Shown: piece by piece, positions 1 through 9,610 of the stretch
Numbering within the stretch: position 1 is the first letter of the stretch
Layout: the number at the start of each line of letters is the position of its first letter
From: Candidatus Methanoperedens sp.
GTDB lineage: Archaea > Halobacteriota > Methanosarcinia > Methanosarcinales > Methanoperedenaceae
DNA: 32,000 bases
Reading direction: 5' to 3'
Assembly (NCBI GenBank): GCA_027460535.1
Contig: JAPZAR010000030.1
Span: 30,001-62,000 of the forward strand
Notes under the pieces: model-generated
The model's input: only the letters and a program-made list of their open reading frames with translations
Told to the model about the DNA's origin: nothing
The model's database searches: none
Position numbers and translations under genes: made by a program

Positions 1-217
1 CATGTGGGCACCGAGGGCATTAATTTGCATATCTTGATGTTGATTTTGTCCGGTTAACATTTAATAAGAAATCATCAATAAATAACCGCTGTCCATGAAT
101 ATTTTAATGCTAGAAAGATGATAATAAATAGTGGATTCATTTTAGATTCTTTTGAAGCATTAGGAATCGTTCAAAAGTATCGATAATCTTTTTGCCCGGT
201 TTTTTTTAAAACCGAAA

Positions 218-289
218 TGCACCGATCGGGATTTGAACCCGAGTTATTAGCTTGGAAGGCTAAAGTCATAGCCGCTAGACCATCGGTGC
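218..289 (-). tRNA. tRNA-Gly (anticodon UCC)
   Basis: The reverse complement of 218-289 folds as a 72-nt cloverleaf. Acceptor stem is GCACCGA/TCGGTGC. Anticodon stem is TTAGC/GCTAA with loop CTTCCAA (anticodon TCC). T-arm is TCGGG-TTCAAAT-CCCGA, discriminator is A, and no CCA is encoded. Confidence 0.95.
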
Positions 290-434
290 TACGATGCCTT
301 CCTAAGTGAGTAAAAGGATTTAATTGTTTCGTATTGGGAAATCAGCAATTTCCATACAGGATGTTTGCTAATTATAAATAAAATTTTGTGCAGTATGACA
401 TATGGACTGCACAGAGTTGATATGGTGAAATTCC

Positions 435-713
435 CTAATCCGGCAACAGCCCCTCCCCCTTGAATATCTTCTTAGCCTCCTCGATCGTGATATCCCCTGG
501 CGGTATTATCACATCGCTCGGCTTCAGGATCTCATGCGGAATCGGCTTCCCGTACTTTCGCACATAATCGTTGAGCTTCTTGAATTCGCTTTTAAAGACC
601 TTCTCATTCCCTTTGTTAACGATCTTCACAATATTATTGTCTATTTTATTTATCTCATCCACATGCTTCTTATCGATCTCAAACTGTCCTTCTCCCATTA
701 ATCTCACTATCAT
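435..713 (-). CDS. PspA-associated small protein (PspAA-like)
   Basis: 92-aa ORF whose start overlaps the stop of the upstream PspA gene by 4 nt (operon). The N-terminus 'MIVRLMGEGQFEID' and its position directly downstream of PspA match the PspAA family as I recall it. Confidence 0.7.
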   Translation of the reverse strand: MIVRLMGEGQFEIDKKHVDEINKIDNNIVKIVNKGNEKVFKSEFKKLNDYVRKYGKPIPHEILKPSDVIIPPGDITIEEAKKIFKGEGLLPD

Positions 714-1411
714 TTTCCCATCTCCTTCTTCAGCGCCTCAAGCTGCGCATCCACATCTCCCTTGGATTTTATCTTTGAAAGCTCCCTGTCAATATCATCC
801 TTCGTTCCTCCAGTCACATCCTCAAGCGTTCCTGCATCAACAAGTTCATCCAGCGCATCCGCGCGCGCTTTCATGGTCTCTGTCTTATCCTGCGCCCGCT
901 GGACTGCAAGGCCCACATCGCTCATCTCTTCCCCGATGCCGCTGACGGCTTCCGTGACCTTGACCTGCGCCTCTGCCGCGCTGTACTGGGCTTTTATCGT
1001 TTCTTTTGTGGAGCGGAAGGATTCTATCTTCGTGGAGAGTCGCTTTTCAGTTGCTGTAAGCTTCTCCTGCTGATTTGCAATATCTGCGATCTGCTGGGTG
1101 AGGCTTGCGATTTCGCCCTGCGATGTGCTCTTCCTCTCAAGCGCGATCCTGGCAAGGTCCTCCCTTCCTGCTTTTACCGCCTCTCGCGACTGATCGTCCA
1201 GTTTCTGCACGTTTTGCTCGAGTTTTACTTTCTGGATTTCAAGCCGTTTCTTCGAGGTCGTGACCTCCGCAACGCCTCTCTTTACGTTCTGCAAGAGTTC
1301 AAGCTGTTTCTCATAAGAGTAATCAAGAGTTTCCCTCGGATCCTCGAATTTCCCTAAGATCTTGTTTATTTTTGATTTTATGATCGTACTTGTTCTTTCT
1401 ATTAGCCCCAT
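710..1411 (-). CDS. pspA: PspA/IM30 (Vipp1) family membrane-stress protein
   Basis: 233-aa coiled-coil protein. The N-terminal 'MGLIERTSTIIKSKINKILGKFEDPRETLDYSYEKQLELLQNVKRGVAEV' is the typical PspA/IM30 signature. Confidence 0.9.
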   Translation of the reverse strand: MGLIERTSTIIKSKINKILGKFEDPRETLDYSYEKQLELLQNVKRGVAEVTTSKKRLEIQKVKLEQNVQKLDDQSREAVKAGREDLARIALERKSTSQGEIASLTQQIADIANQQEKLTATEKRLSTKIESFRSTKETIKAQYSAAEAQVKVTEAVSGIGEEMSDVGLAVQRAQDKTETMKARADALDELVDAGTLEDVTGGTKDDIDRELSKIKSKGDVDAQLEALKKEMGK

Positions 1412-1503
1412 GATTCTTACCTCATTAATTCAATTTCCTTCTACGGCTAAATACTTTCTCTAAAAGGAAACTATAATACTCAATGGAATAATTCTGATAG
1501 ATA

Positions 1504-3210
1504 ATGGTAAAGGACTCAGTCGGCGTCATATTCGGAAAAACGGATTCTTTAAACTTCAGGTTCGCGGTTTCCAACATCATTAACACAAATAAATCTGATT
1601 ATGTTAAAGTCTGGCACGAATCTGACGGATGGATACTTGCCCAGGTCACATCCATCACAAGTTCCAGCGAGGATTTCGACATAGAGGAAGCCGTTGACGT
1701 AGCCGGGGGCGGTTCCAGGATGGGTGATATGGATGAGAGGATCATTGCCGAGGCAACTGTCATCGGTTCAAGAAGCAAGGAGGGAACCCTGAACGTGCCG
1801 AAATCCCCATTCAGCCCTGGAGATAAGGTCTTCAACGCAGACGAGATGCTCATAAGACAAACGCTGGGTCTGATGCGCGGGGATGTTTACATCGGTCTCC
1901 TTGAAGGGCAGAATATACATGTTAATCTGGATGCCAACAACCTTGTTCAGAAGCACTGTAGCATCCTTGCCAAGACCGGCGCGGGCAAATCCTATACCGG
2001 CGGGGTCATACTCGAAGAACTTCTCGATAAGAACGTGCCACTTCTCATCATTGACCCGCACGGGGAATACTCCACACTTAAATTTCCGAATGAGGAGAAA
2101 GCGTCTTCCTTTGAGCGGTACGGCATAACGCCAAAAGGCTACGCCACGCAGGTTACAGTATATACGCCTGCCAATAAGATGCTTAATCCTGCGGCAGATA
2201 CGCTTTTTCGGTTAAACGGCATAAACCTTGGAATAAAAGACCTGGCGCAATTTTTCTCTGAAGAAAGCTCTCAGAACCAGACAGGTATACTCTACGAGGC
2301 TGTCTCGAAGCTCAAGGCCGAGAAATCGACATATACCATCGACGATATTATTTTCGAAGTGGGACAGAACAAAAGCAAGGTCAAATGGAACGTTATCAAT
2401 AAACTGGAGGGGCTCAGGGAGACTGGTATATTATCAGACAGGGCGACGACGGTTTCCGAGCTCGTTCAGGATGGCAGGGCCTCCATAATTGATATGAAGG
2501 GTGTGAACCCCGATATGCAAGCCATGATAGTTGCGAAGTTGTGCGGAGACCTTTTCGAGGCTCGAAAGCTCAACACCGTGCCTCCGCTGATGCTGGTGCT
2601 TGAAGAGGCGCACAATTTCTGTCCTGAAAAGGGATTCGGGAGAACGGTGAGTTCGGATATCCTTCGCACAATCGCCTCGGAGGGGAGGAAATTCGGTCTG
2701 GGCCTGATGGTTGTTTCACAGCGCCCGGCAAGAGTGGATAAGAACATCCTTTCTCAGTGCAATACACAGATCATTATGAAGGTGACGAATCCCAATGACC
2801 TGAAAGCGATAAGCAAAGGACTTGAAGGTATAAGCTCAGATGTGGAAGAGGATATCAAGCGCCTTGCACCGGGCGTTGCGATGATAGTAAGTACCTATAT
2901 CGAGCGTCCCATACTGGTGGATATCAGGACAAGGAAAAGCAAGCATGGAGGAGCCAGCGTTCCTGTTGTCAAAGCCCAGGTTACAGAAGTGAAAAAAGAG
3001 ACATTGCCTGTAAAAGCTGAACAGACTTCCCCTGCATCGCCTTCAATTTTGAAAAAGCTCATGCCTTTACCCATCATAGAAAAAAACAGGGATAATTTAG
3101 AAAAAAAAGAGCCAGAAAATCCATCAGGGGAAAAGCCAGTGCAAAAGAAACAAAGATCAAAGCGTGAAATGAGCCTTTATGCTAAAATGTTCGGTTCGAG
3201 GAAGAAATGA
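1504..3210 (+). CDS. HerA-like / DUF87 P-loop ATPase (FtsK-HerA superfamily)
   Basis: 568 aa. Walker A is '[10 protein letters not shown]' and Walker B-like is '[11 protein letters not shown]'. 'VVSQRP' and '[13 protein letters not shown]' are typical of archaeal HerA/DUF87 ATPases. The C-terminal tail is K/E-rich and low complexity. The stop overlaps the thiC start. Confidence 0.8.
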   Translation: MVKDSVGVIFGKTDSLNFRFAVSNIINTNKSDYVKVWHESDGWILAQVTSITSSSEDFDIEEAVDVAGGGSRMGDMDERIIAEATVIGSRSKEGTLNVPKSPFSPGDKVFNADEMLIRQTLGLMRGDVYIGLLEGQNIHVNLDANNLVQKHCSILAKTGAGKSYTGGVILEELLDKNVPLLIIDPHGEYSTLKFPNEEKASSFERYGITPKGYATQVTVYTPANKMLNPAADTLFRLNGINLGIKDLAQFFSEESSQNQTGILYEAVSKLKAEKSTYTIDDIIFEVGQNKSKVKWNVINKLEGLRETGILSDRATTVSELVQDGRASIIDMKGVNPDMQAMIVAKLCGDLFEARKLNTVPPLMLVLEEAHNFCPEKGFGRTVSSDILRTIASEGRKFGLGLMVVSQRPARVDKNILSQCNTQIIMKVTNPNDLKAISKGLEGISSDVEEDIKRLAPGVAMIVSTYIERPILVDIRTRKSKHGGASVPVVKAQVTEVKKETLPVKAEQTSPASPSILKKLMPLPIIEKNRDNLEKKEPENPSGEKPVQKKQRSKREMSLYAKMFGSRKK

Positions 3211-4472
3211 CCACATTGATGGAGCAGGCGCATGCAGGTCTTGTGACATCGGAGATTAAGCGTGTTGCTGCAAATGAGGGGGTAAACGCAGAAACGGTCC
3301 GGACGCTCCTTGCCCAGGGGCTGCTCGTCATCCCGAAGAATATCAAAAGCAGATCACTTCCAGTCGGCATAGGAAAACTGATGCGGACAAAGATCAACGC
3401 AAATCTTGGCACTTCAAGGGATTACGCGGATATCGATGCAGAGGTGGAGAAGGCAAAAACCGCTGAAAAATACGGCGCCGATACCATAATGGACTTATCC
3501 ACGGGCGGAGACCTTGACCTTGTGCGCAAGCGTATTATGGATGCTGTCAGTGTCCCGGTAGGTTCCGTTCCGATATACCAGGCAGCAAGCCAGGGTATCG
3601 AGAATATGACCTCCGATGATATGTTCAATGCCGTAAGAAAGCATGCTGAAGACGGCATTGATTTTATCACAGTGCATGCGGGGGTGACCCGAAGTTCATT
3701 CGAGCGCCTGAAAAACAGTGAAAGGATACTCGATGTGGTCAGCCGTGGAGGTGCGTTCACTATATCATGGATGGAGCACAACGGCAAGGAGAACCCGTTT
3801 TATTCAGAATATGATTACCTGCTTGAGATTGCACGAGAATACGACCTCACACTCAGCCTTGGTGACGGCATGCGCCCCGGGTGTATCAACGATGCTTCGG
3901 ACAGGGCGAAGTTCCAGGAGTTCATTACCCTTGGCGAGCTTGTGAAAAGGGCGCGGGCGGCTGGCATCCAGACTCTTGTAGAAGGCCCGGGGCATGTCCC
4001 GATAGATGAGATCGGGCTTTCGGTGAGCGCGATGAAGCACCTGACAGGAAACGCCCCGCTCTATCTTCTCGGCCCGCTTGTTACCGATATCGCGCCGGGG
4101 TACGATCATATAACCGCCGCGATGGGTGGCGCGGTGGCAGGAATGCACGGCGCGGATTTCCTGTGCATGACCACGCCTGCCGAACATCTTGCGCTTCCGG
4201 ACTTGGAGGACATCAGGGAGGGCACGATAGTGACAAGGATAGCTGCCCATGCAGCCGACCTGACAAAGGAAGGCGTGAGGGAACGGGCGCGAGCCTATGA
4301 CCGTGAGATGGCGCTGGCACGGCGGGACCTTGACTGGAATCGGCAGTTCGCGATAGCCATAGATAGTGAGAAAGCCAGGAAGATCCATGCCAGGAGCAGG
4401 AATGTGGATACGTGCAGCATGTGCGGGGAGCTGTGCTCGATCAAGATGATGAGAGAAGTGATGAAGAAGTGA
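3207..4472 (+). CDS. thiC: Phosphomethylpyrimidine synthase ThiC (short archaeal form)
   Basis: 421 aa. It is colinear with ThiC ('NANLGTS', '[10 protein letters not shown]', 'VPIYQA', 'FITVHAGV', 'LVEGPGHVP'). It has the C-terminal Fe-S motif 'CSMCGELCS' (CxxCxxxxC). Confidence 0.95.
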   Translation: MTTLMEQAHAGLVTSEIKRVAANEGVNAETVRTLLAQGLLVIPKNIKSRSLPVGIGKLMRTKINANLGTSRDYADIDAEVEKAKTAEKYGADTIMDLSTGGDLDLVRKRIMDAVSVPVGSVPIYQAASQGIENMTSDDMFNAVRKHAEDGIDFITVHAGVTRSSFERLKNSERILDVVSRGGAFTISWMEHNGKENPFYSEYDYLLEIAREYDLTLSLGDGMRPGCINDASDRAKFQEFITLGELVKRARAAGIQTLVEGPGHVPIDEIGLSVSAMKHLTGNAPLYLLGPLVTDIAPGYDHITAAMGGAVAGMHGADFLCMTTPAEHLALPDLEDIREGTIVTRIAAHAADLTKEGVRERARAYDREMALARRDLDWNRQFAIAIDSEKARKIHARSRNVDTCSMCGELCSIKMMREVMKK

Positions 4473-4534
4473 ATTGTAAGCTCCGGCACTGCTGCAATAT
4501 GCTCTCTTTACTGTAGGAAATTTCTATCGTTCAT

Positions 4535-4804
4535 TTATTCTTCTGTGCAAACATCCATTCCTTCCACTTTGCCGTACCCATTTCTGGGTATCTTCACGAT
4601 GCCGGGTTTGACCTCTGGTTCTTTTTGAGGCGGCGCCGAATCCTCGATCTTAAATAGCTCATCCTCATGCTTTAGCGCAAGCCGGGTCATGGCATCGATA
4701 AGCTCAGTGAGCGTCATTTTTTTGTGCCGGGCCAGGGTTATCCTTGCCTGGATCATATCCAGTAGCTGCTTTGTTTCATCTGTAACTTTGATTGTTGTGA
4801 CCAT
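4535..4804 (-). CDS. Small putative ribbon-helix-helix-like DNA-binding protein
   Basis: 89-aa ORF. The N-terminal 'VTTIKVTDETKQLLDMIQARI' has a beta-strand-then-helix pattern like RHH/CopG/VapB-type proteins. The start codon abuts palindromic repeats (next feature). Confidence 0.5.
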   Translation of the reverse strand: MVTTIKVTDETKQLLDMIQARITLARHKKMTLTELIDAMTRLALKHEDELFKIEDSAPPQKEPEVKPGIVKIPRNGYGKVEGMDVCTEE

Positions 4805-4853
4805 AGTATATTAGTATACTTTTTATTTTAATATACTTTTCTACTAGTATACT
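4805..4853. promoter_or_regulatory. Four copies of the palindromic octamer AGTATACT-like directly upstream of the RHH-like gene (candidate operator/promoter)
   Basis: The copies are agtatatt (4805-4812), agtatact (4813-4820), aatatact (4830-4837) and agtatact (4846-4853). AGTATACT is its own reverse complement. An AT-rich TATA-like stretch lies between the copies. The gene starts at 4804, so the transcript is probably leaderless. Confidence 0.35.
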
Positions 4854-5025
4854 TATTGATGGTTACCAAACCTACCAGGAGCCATTGGCAACTTCTTCCT
4901 GACAATTGTAACTTGTCACAATATCATGAATCAATGTTAAACAAATAAATTCTTCAAATCTAAGGATTATCCTATTTGAAAAAAAAATTAAGTAAATATA
5001 AATTAAAAAAATGATTGAACCAAGA

Positions 5026-5160
5026 TTATTTTCGTGGCGAGCAATCTGTACAGGTGTATTTATCGAATCTCATATCATCGCCGAATTCAAAAGTACCTTC
5101 GCCGCAATTCTCACATTTCTTCCTTTTCATTACAAAGTCTGGTTGAACTAAAGTCTCCAT
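5026..5160 (-). CDS. 44-aa zinc-ribbon mini-protein (CxxC...CxxC)
   Basis: I translated this ORF by hand because it falls below the track's size cut-off. It reads METLVQPDFVMKRKKCENCGEGTFEFGDDMRFDKYTCTDCSPRK, with two CxxC pairs spaced like a zinc ribbon. It sits in an otherwise AT-rich intergenic region. Confidence 0.4.
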   Translation of the reverse strand: METLVQPDFVMKRKKCENCGEGTFEFGDDMRFDKYTCTDCSPRK

Positions 5161-5390
5161 TTTGATCACCCATTAATTAATGATTATTCATTGTATTTAA
5201 GACTTATCATGATTATTCATGATTATTTGAAATATGATGATTCAATTAATTCCGTAATTTGAAGGGATAAAAAGTGATATCGATTTATAAATCTGCTTTT
5301 ATCCGCGGCCTTATACAATTGCGAAATTATATTTAATCCTGTGAAGCGACTGCTAATTCCTCGAAAAACGCGGAATTTATTTATTATCTC

Positions 5391-5876
5391 CTAAATCTTT
5401 GCCAGCAGCACCGTATAATTCTTTCCGTAATATTCAGCGCACTTAGGGCAAGCGGTATAGAAGAAGTACAATTTCTTGAGCCCTTTGCCTTTTGAAACCG
5501 CATACGCAATCATTTCTTTTGCCCATTTCCCGGCATTCTTGTAGGGTCCTTCAAACACTTTCGAAAGAAAAGTCCCCGATATCCTCTGCATCTTCGCCCC
5601 GGGCACTTCCCTGCTCACTGCGATATAAACATCGGCTCCCCAGAGCGAATTTTCATCGGAGAGCGTGATGGGTTGCGGAGCAAGAGCGCCTGCAGTTTTT
5701 ATCCGTTCCATATTATTCACCATCACCTTCTCGAAATTGAGAGGGATGTGTAAGAAGCTCGTCACATGGTCCTTGAGGAATAACTTATCCTGCCAGATGA
5801 TCTCTTTTTCATCCCATGGCTCTGGATCGAATCGTGGGCAACAACCCGTTTCTGATTGCTCGTAAAGCTTTTCCAT
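5391..5876 (-). CDS. Conserved uncharacterised protein (N-terminal CC motif, C-terminal CxxC)
   Basis: 161-aa ORF with core-like composition, divergent from hel308. It has 'TGCCPRFDPEPWDEKE' near the N-terminus and 'CPKCAEYYGKNY' near the C-terminus. I cannot name the family with confidence. Confidence 0.6.
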   Translation of the reverse strand: MEKLYEQSETGCCPRFDPEPWDEKEIIWQDKLFLKDHVTSFLHIPLNFEKVMVNNMERIKTAGALAPQPITLSDENSLWGADVYIAVSREVPGAKMQRISGTFLSKVFEGPYKNAGKWAKEMIAYAVSKGKGLKKLYFFYTACPKCAEYYGKNYTVLLAKI

Positions 5877-5984
5877 ACATTTTAGCCCCCTTTATTGCAT
5901 TTTGTCACTCCGAATATATTACATTTTTCAAAAAATCCAGCCATTGGAAATTCTTTTTAAGCATACATGCCTTTAGCATCACAA

Positions 5985-8186
5985 ATGAAAATCCAGGACC
6001 TCAAACTTCCCGCCAATATTATCCGGTTCTATCACGATTCAGGCATAACAGAGCTTTACCCGCCGCAGGCAGAAGCCATCAAGGCCGGACTTCTTGAAAG
6101 CAAAAATCTCGTGGCTGCGATACCTACAGCCTCAGGAAAAACCCTGCTGGCGGAATTCGCGATGCTTAAATCAATACTGGATGAAAAAAAGGAAGGAAAA
6201 GCATTATACATCGTTCCCCTGCGGGCGCTTGCCAGTGAGAAGTTCGATCGGTTCAGAAGCTTTGAAAGCATAAAAAAAAGTGATGGCAAGGGAGTATCAT
6301 GCGGTATCGCGACCGGCGATTTTGATTCAACTGACGAGTGGCTGGGGAATTTTAACATCATAGTTGCAACCTCTGAAAAAGTGGATTCGCTCCTTCGCAA
6401 CAGGAGCCGCTGGATGGAAGAGATAACTATCGTGATCGCGGATGAGGTCCATCTAATTGATTCTCCCGACCGCGGCCCGACACTTGAGATCGTTCTTGCA
6501 AAATTGATGCGCATCAATCCCGAAATGAACATCATTGCACTGTCAGCCACTATCGGGAATGCAAATGAGATCGCCAAATGGCTGAATGCCGAACTGGTGG
6601 TAAGCGACTGGCGCCCTATCGAATTAAAGGAAGGCGTCTTTTTCGGGAGGGCGATAAATTTCATCAACGGCCAGCGGGAGATCAAGGAAACGCAAAGGGA
6701 CAGCACCATTTCCCTCGTGGTGGATACACTCACCGAAGGCGGGCAGATACTTGTTTTTGAGAGCAGCCGGAAGAACGCCGAGGGTCTGGCTTCCCGCATC
6801 GGGACAGCGATATCCCCGCTTATTCCGAGTGAAACAAAAGAGAAACTCAAACTGCTGGCCGCAGACATACGCGAATCAAGCGAAGTGGACACCGCAAAAA
6901 AACTTGCCCTCTGCATCGAGAATGGAAGCGCATTTCATCATGCAGGTCTTATCTCGGAGCAGCGCAAAATAATTGAGACAGGCTTCCGAGCCGGAACGAT
7001 AAAAGCACTTTCGGCTACGCCAACGCTTGCTGCGGGTCTTAATCTCCCCGCGAGGAGGGTCGTGATCAAAGGATACCGCAGATACGACGCCAACTTCGGA
7101 CTGACGCCCATACCCGTGCTTGAGTACAAGCAGATGGCGGGGAGGGCAGGACGTCCGCACCTTGACCCGTATGGCGAATCAGTGCTCGTGGCAAAATCAT
7201 ACGATGAAATGGAGGGACTCATGCAGGAGTACGTCCTTGCGAAGGTCGAAAAGATCTGGTCAAAGCTAGGGAGCGAGAACGCCCTGCGAACACACATCCT
7301 CTCCACCATTGCGACAGGTTTCGCGAGAAGCATGGAAGAACTCCTTGAGTTCATGGGCGCCACGTTCTATTCCTGCCAGCAGGAGCCCTGGAGCCTGAAG
7401 GTTGTTATTGATAAGGTGATCGGTTTTCTGGTCGATAAGAAAATGGTCGTTGAGAAAGATGGGCTTTTCCCGACGCGCCTCGGGGAACTGGTCTCCCGTT
7501 TGTATATCGATCCCCTCTCAGCTTCGATGATAATTGAGGGAATGGAGAAGATAGAAGAAAAGAGGATATTTTTTACTGAATTGACCTTGCTCCATCTTGT
7601 CTGCAGTACCCCGGATATGCGCAAACTCTACCTTCGCTCCAATGACTATGACCCTCTGAGCGACATTGTGATGGAGCACCATACCGAATTCGTGCAGATC
7701 CCCGCGCAGTTCAAGGTGGATTATGAATGGTTCCTGTCCGAGGTCAAGACGGCATGCGTTATGATTGATTGGATTACCGAGAAAAAGGAAGAAGAGATCG
7801 TCAAGAAATACGGCATCGGCGAAGGGGACATCAGGGCGCTGGCCGAAACCACACAGTGGCTCGTGCATTCGATGGCAGAGCTTGGTTCATTCCAGAAAAG
7901 GTCTTGCGCGCAAAAAGCAAGGGAACTTGTGGAGCGCGTGGAATACGGTGCAAGCCCCGAGCTGCTTGATCTTATCCAGATAAGGGGCATCGGCAGGGTG
8001 CGTGCCAGGAGGCTGTACGATGCAGGGTTCAGGGACATGGAAGCGCTCAGGGTGGCAGAGCCGAAAATTATCGCAAAAATAATCGGTACGAAAACAGCCC
8101 AGAAAATCTTAAGACAAATAGGAACACGTGCATCAATGGAACAGGAACCTGCAGAAAAAGAACAGAGCAAACTCGGAGATTTTTAG
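5985..8186 (+). CDS. hel308: Ski2-like DNA helicase Hel308/Hjm
   Basis: Helicase motifs are 'AIPTASGKT' (Walker A), 'DEVH', 'SAT' and 'HHAGL'. A C-terminal HhH-like 'IRGIGRVRARRLYDAGF' is present. The track ORF starts at 5967, but 'MKIQDLKLP' at 5985 matches the usual Hel308 N-terminus. Confidence 0.93.
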   Translation: MKIQDLKLPANIIRFYHDSGITELYPPQAEAIKAGLLESKNLVAAIPTASGKTLLAEFAMLKSILDEKKEGKALYIVPLRALASEKFDRFRSFESIKKSDGKGVSCGIATGDFDSTDEWLGNFNIIVATSEKVDSLLRNRSRWMEEITIVIADEVHLIDSPDRGPTLEIVLAKLMRINPEMNIIALSATIGNANEIAKWLNAELVVSDWRPIELKEGVFFGRAINFINGQREIKETQRDSTISLVVDTLTEGGQILVFESSRKNAEGLASRIGTAISPLIPSETKEKLKLLAADIRESSEVDTAKKLALCIENGSAFHHAGLISEQRKIIETGFRAGTIKALSATPTLAAGLNLPARRVVIKGYRRYDANFGLTPIPVLEYKQMAGRAGRPHLDPYGESVLVAKSYDEMEGLMQEYVLAKVEKIWSKLGSENALRTHILSTIATGFARSMEELLEFMGATFYSCQQEPWSLKVVIDKVIGFLVDKKMVVEKDGLFPTRLGELVSRLYIDPLSASMIIEGMEKIEEKRIFFTELTLLHLVCSTPDMRKLYLRSNDYDPLSDIVMEHHTEFVQIPAQFKVDYEWFLSEVKTACVMIDWITEKKEEEIVKKYGIGEGDIRALAETTQWLVHSMAELGSFQKRSCAQKARELVERVEYGASPELLDLIQIRGIGRVRARRLYDAGFRDMEALRVAEPKIIAKIIGTKTAQKILRQIGTRASMEQEPAEKEQSKLGDF

Positions 8187-8204
8187 GTAAACTTTAATAC
8201 TCAT

Positions 8205-9179
8205 TTGATTGTTAATGAGTTGAGGAAGATATTGAGTTTTGCAGGAAATCTAATATACGGAAGTTATGAAACGCTGCTTGCCAATGAAATAAAAGAAAAA
8301 CCAGTCCCCTCGCATGTTGCGATAATCATGGACGGCAACAGGCGCTTTGCAAAAAAACATGGGATGGCGTACTATTACGGTCATTTCAAAGGTGCGGATA
8401 CCACCGAGAACGTGCTTGACTGGAGTTTTGACCTGGGGATCAGCCAGCTCACGGTTTATGCTTTTTCCACGGAAAATTTTTTAAGACCGGTTGAAGAACA
8501 GAAGCGGCTTTTTGATCTTATAGGTATAAAGTTCGATAAGATATGCATGGATGCAAGGACTCATAAACGCCGTATGAGGGTCAGGATACTGGGGAACACC
8601 GACCTTCTTCCGGACTCGCTGAAATCGTCTGCAAGACATGCTGAGGAAATAACAAAGAATTACGATGGGGTTTACCTGAATGTTGCCCTTGCTTATGGGG
8701 GAAGACAGGAGCTTGTGGATGCAGCCAGGGCCATGGCGGCGAAGGTCAAAAAAGGGATGCTGTCCCTGGAAGACATTGATGAAGATGCCATTACCGAGAA
8801 CCTGTCACTCTCAGGTGGAGCCTTACCTTGTGTCGATCTTATTGTCAGAACAGGGGGGGATGAGAGGATCTCCAATTTTCTTCCCTGGCAGGCGAACGGG
8901 AATGAGTGCGCCGCTTATTTCTGCGCCCCCTACTGGCCTGAGTTCAGAAAGATCGATTTTCTCAGGGCCATCCGCACATACCAGACGCGCGAGAGCGAGA
9001 GGCAAAAAAACACTGTCATGCGGATCGTGAGATTGCTGAGTTATTATGGCAGGGTGGAAGTGGAGGATGTTATCAGTATTTCAAGAAAGTCCATTGCCAT
9101 CCCCAAACATGAGATCATCAAGATACTTCGCGACCTGGCATACAAGAATGTCGTAATAAGCAGAATGATAAAATGGTAG
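8205..9179 (+). CDS. uppS: cis-prenyltransferase (undecaprenyl-diphosphate synthase family) with an extra C-terminal domain of about 58 aa
   Basis: 'HVAIIMDGNRRFAKKHG', 'TVYAFSTENF' and 'RTGGDERISNFLPWQ' are UppS hallmarks. It uses a TTG start at 8205. The canonical domain ends near 'IRTYQTRESE' (about nt 9000), followed by an extension. Confidence 0.9.
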   Translation: MIVNELRKILSFAGNLIYGSYETLLANEIKEKPVPSHVAIIMDGNRRFAKKHGMAYYYGHFKGADTTENVLDWSFDLGISQLTVYAFSTENFLRPVEEQKRLFDLIGIKFDKICMDARTHKRRMRVRILGNTDLLPDSLKSSARHAEEITKNYDGVYLNVALAYGGRQELVDAARAMAAKVKKGMLSLEDIDEDAITENLSLSGGALPCVDLIVRTGGDERISNFLPWQANGNECAAYFCAPYWPEFRKIDFLRAIRTYQTRESERQKNTVMRIVRLLSYYGRVEVEDVISISRKSIAIPKHEIIKILRDLAYKNVVISRMIKW

Positions 9180-9187
9180 CCTTTTAG

Positions 9188-9610
9188 TTATATTTCTTCG
9201 CCGGGCATGATCGTTGTCAATTTGACATGCTTCACACCTTTCAGTGTCATTATCCTCTCGGTGACGCTTTTAACGTCCCTGCCTTCTCCCCGTACCAGCA
9301 ATACTTCCATGCACATATCGTGATTTATGTGAACATGAAGGGAAGAGCGTATTATTTCAGAGAACTCATGTTCGATATCAAGCAGTGCGTTGACAAGCCC
9401 TCTCTGGTTATGATCATAAACAAGTGAGATCGTTCCCAACCTTTCCCCTTCAACCTCGCTCATCCATGCATAGTAGCGTATATAGCTCCTTATTGCATCG
9501 CGTATGCCTTCAGAGCGTGAAGAATAACCTCTTTTGGCGATTATCTCATCAAATTTTTCAAGCAAGTTCTCGGGAAGAGAAACGCCTATTCGGGCCAGAT
9601 CCTGTTCCAT
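9188..9610 (-). CDS. nikR: Nickel-responsive regulator NikR
   Basis: 140 aa. The N-terminal RHH is 'RIGVSLPENLLEKFDEIIAKRGYSSRSEGIRDAIR'. The C-terminal metal-binding domain carries 'HVHINHDMCMEVLLVRGE'. Confidence 0.92.
   Translation of the reverse strand: MEQDLARIGVSLPENLLEKFDEIIAKRGYSSRSEGIRDAIRSYIRYYAWMSEVEGERLGTISLVYDHNQRGLVNALLDIEHEFSEIIRSSLHVHINHDMCMEVLLVRGEGRDVKSVTERIMTLKGVKHVKLTTIMPGEEI

Noticed and set aside
1-60. Possible start of a minus-strand gene running off the left edge (MLTGQNQHQDMQINALGAHM...)
   Set aside because: Only 20 codons are visible and no motif is recognisable, so it cannot be supported.
571-1073. Plus-strand ORFs of 124 aa and 103 aa overlapping pspA/pspAA
   Set aside because: They are antisense to a well-supported PspA operon. 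Their translations are low complexity and rich in S, P and L, so they are shadow ORFs.
3804-4388. 194-aa minus-strand ORF inside thiC
   Set aside because: It is antisense to ThiC, which is unambiguous, and it has no motif content.
6056-8170. Several long minus-strand ORFs (286, 141, 149 aa and others) inside hel308
   Set aside because: They are antisense shadows of a gene with clear helicase motifs. Their translations are Ser/Arg-rich with no recognisable motifs.
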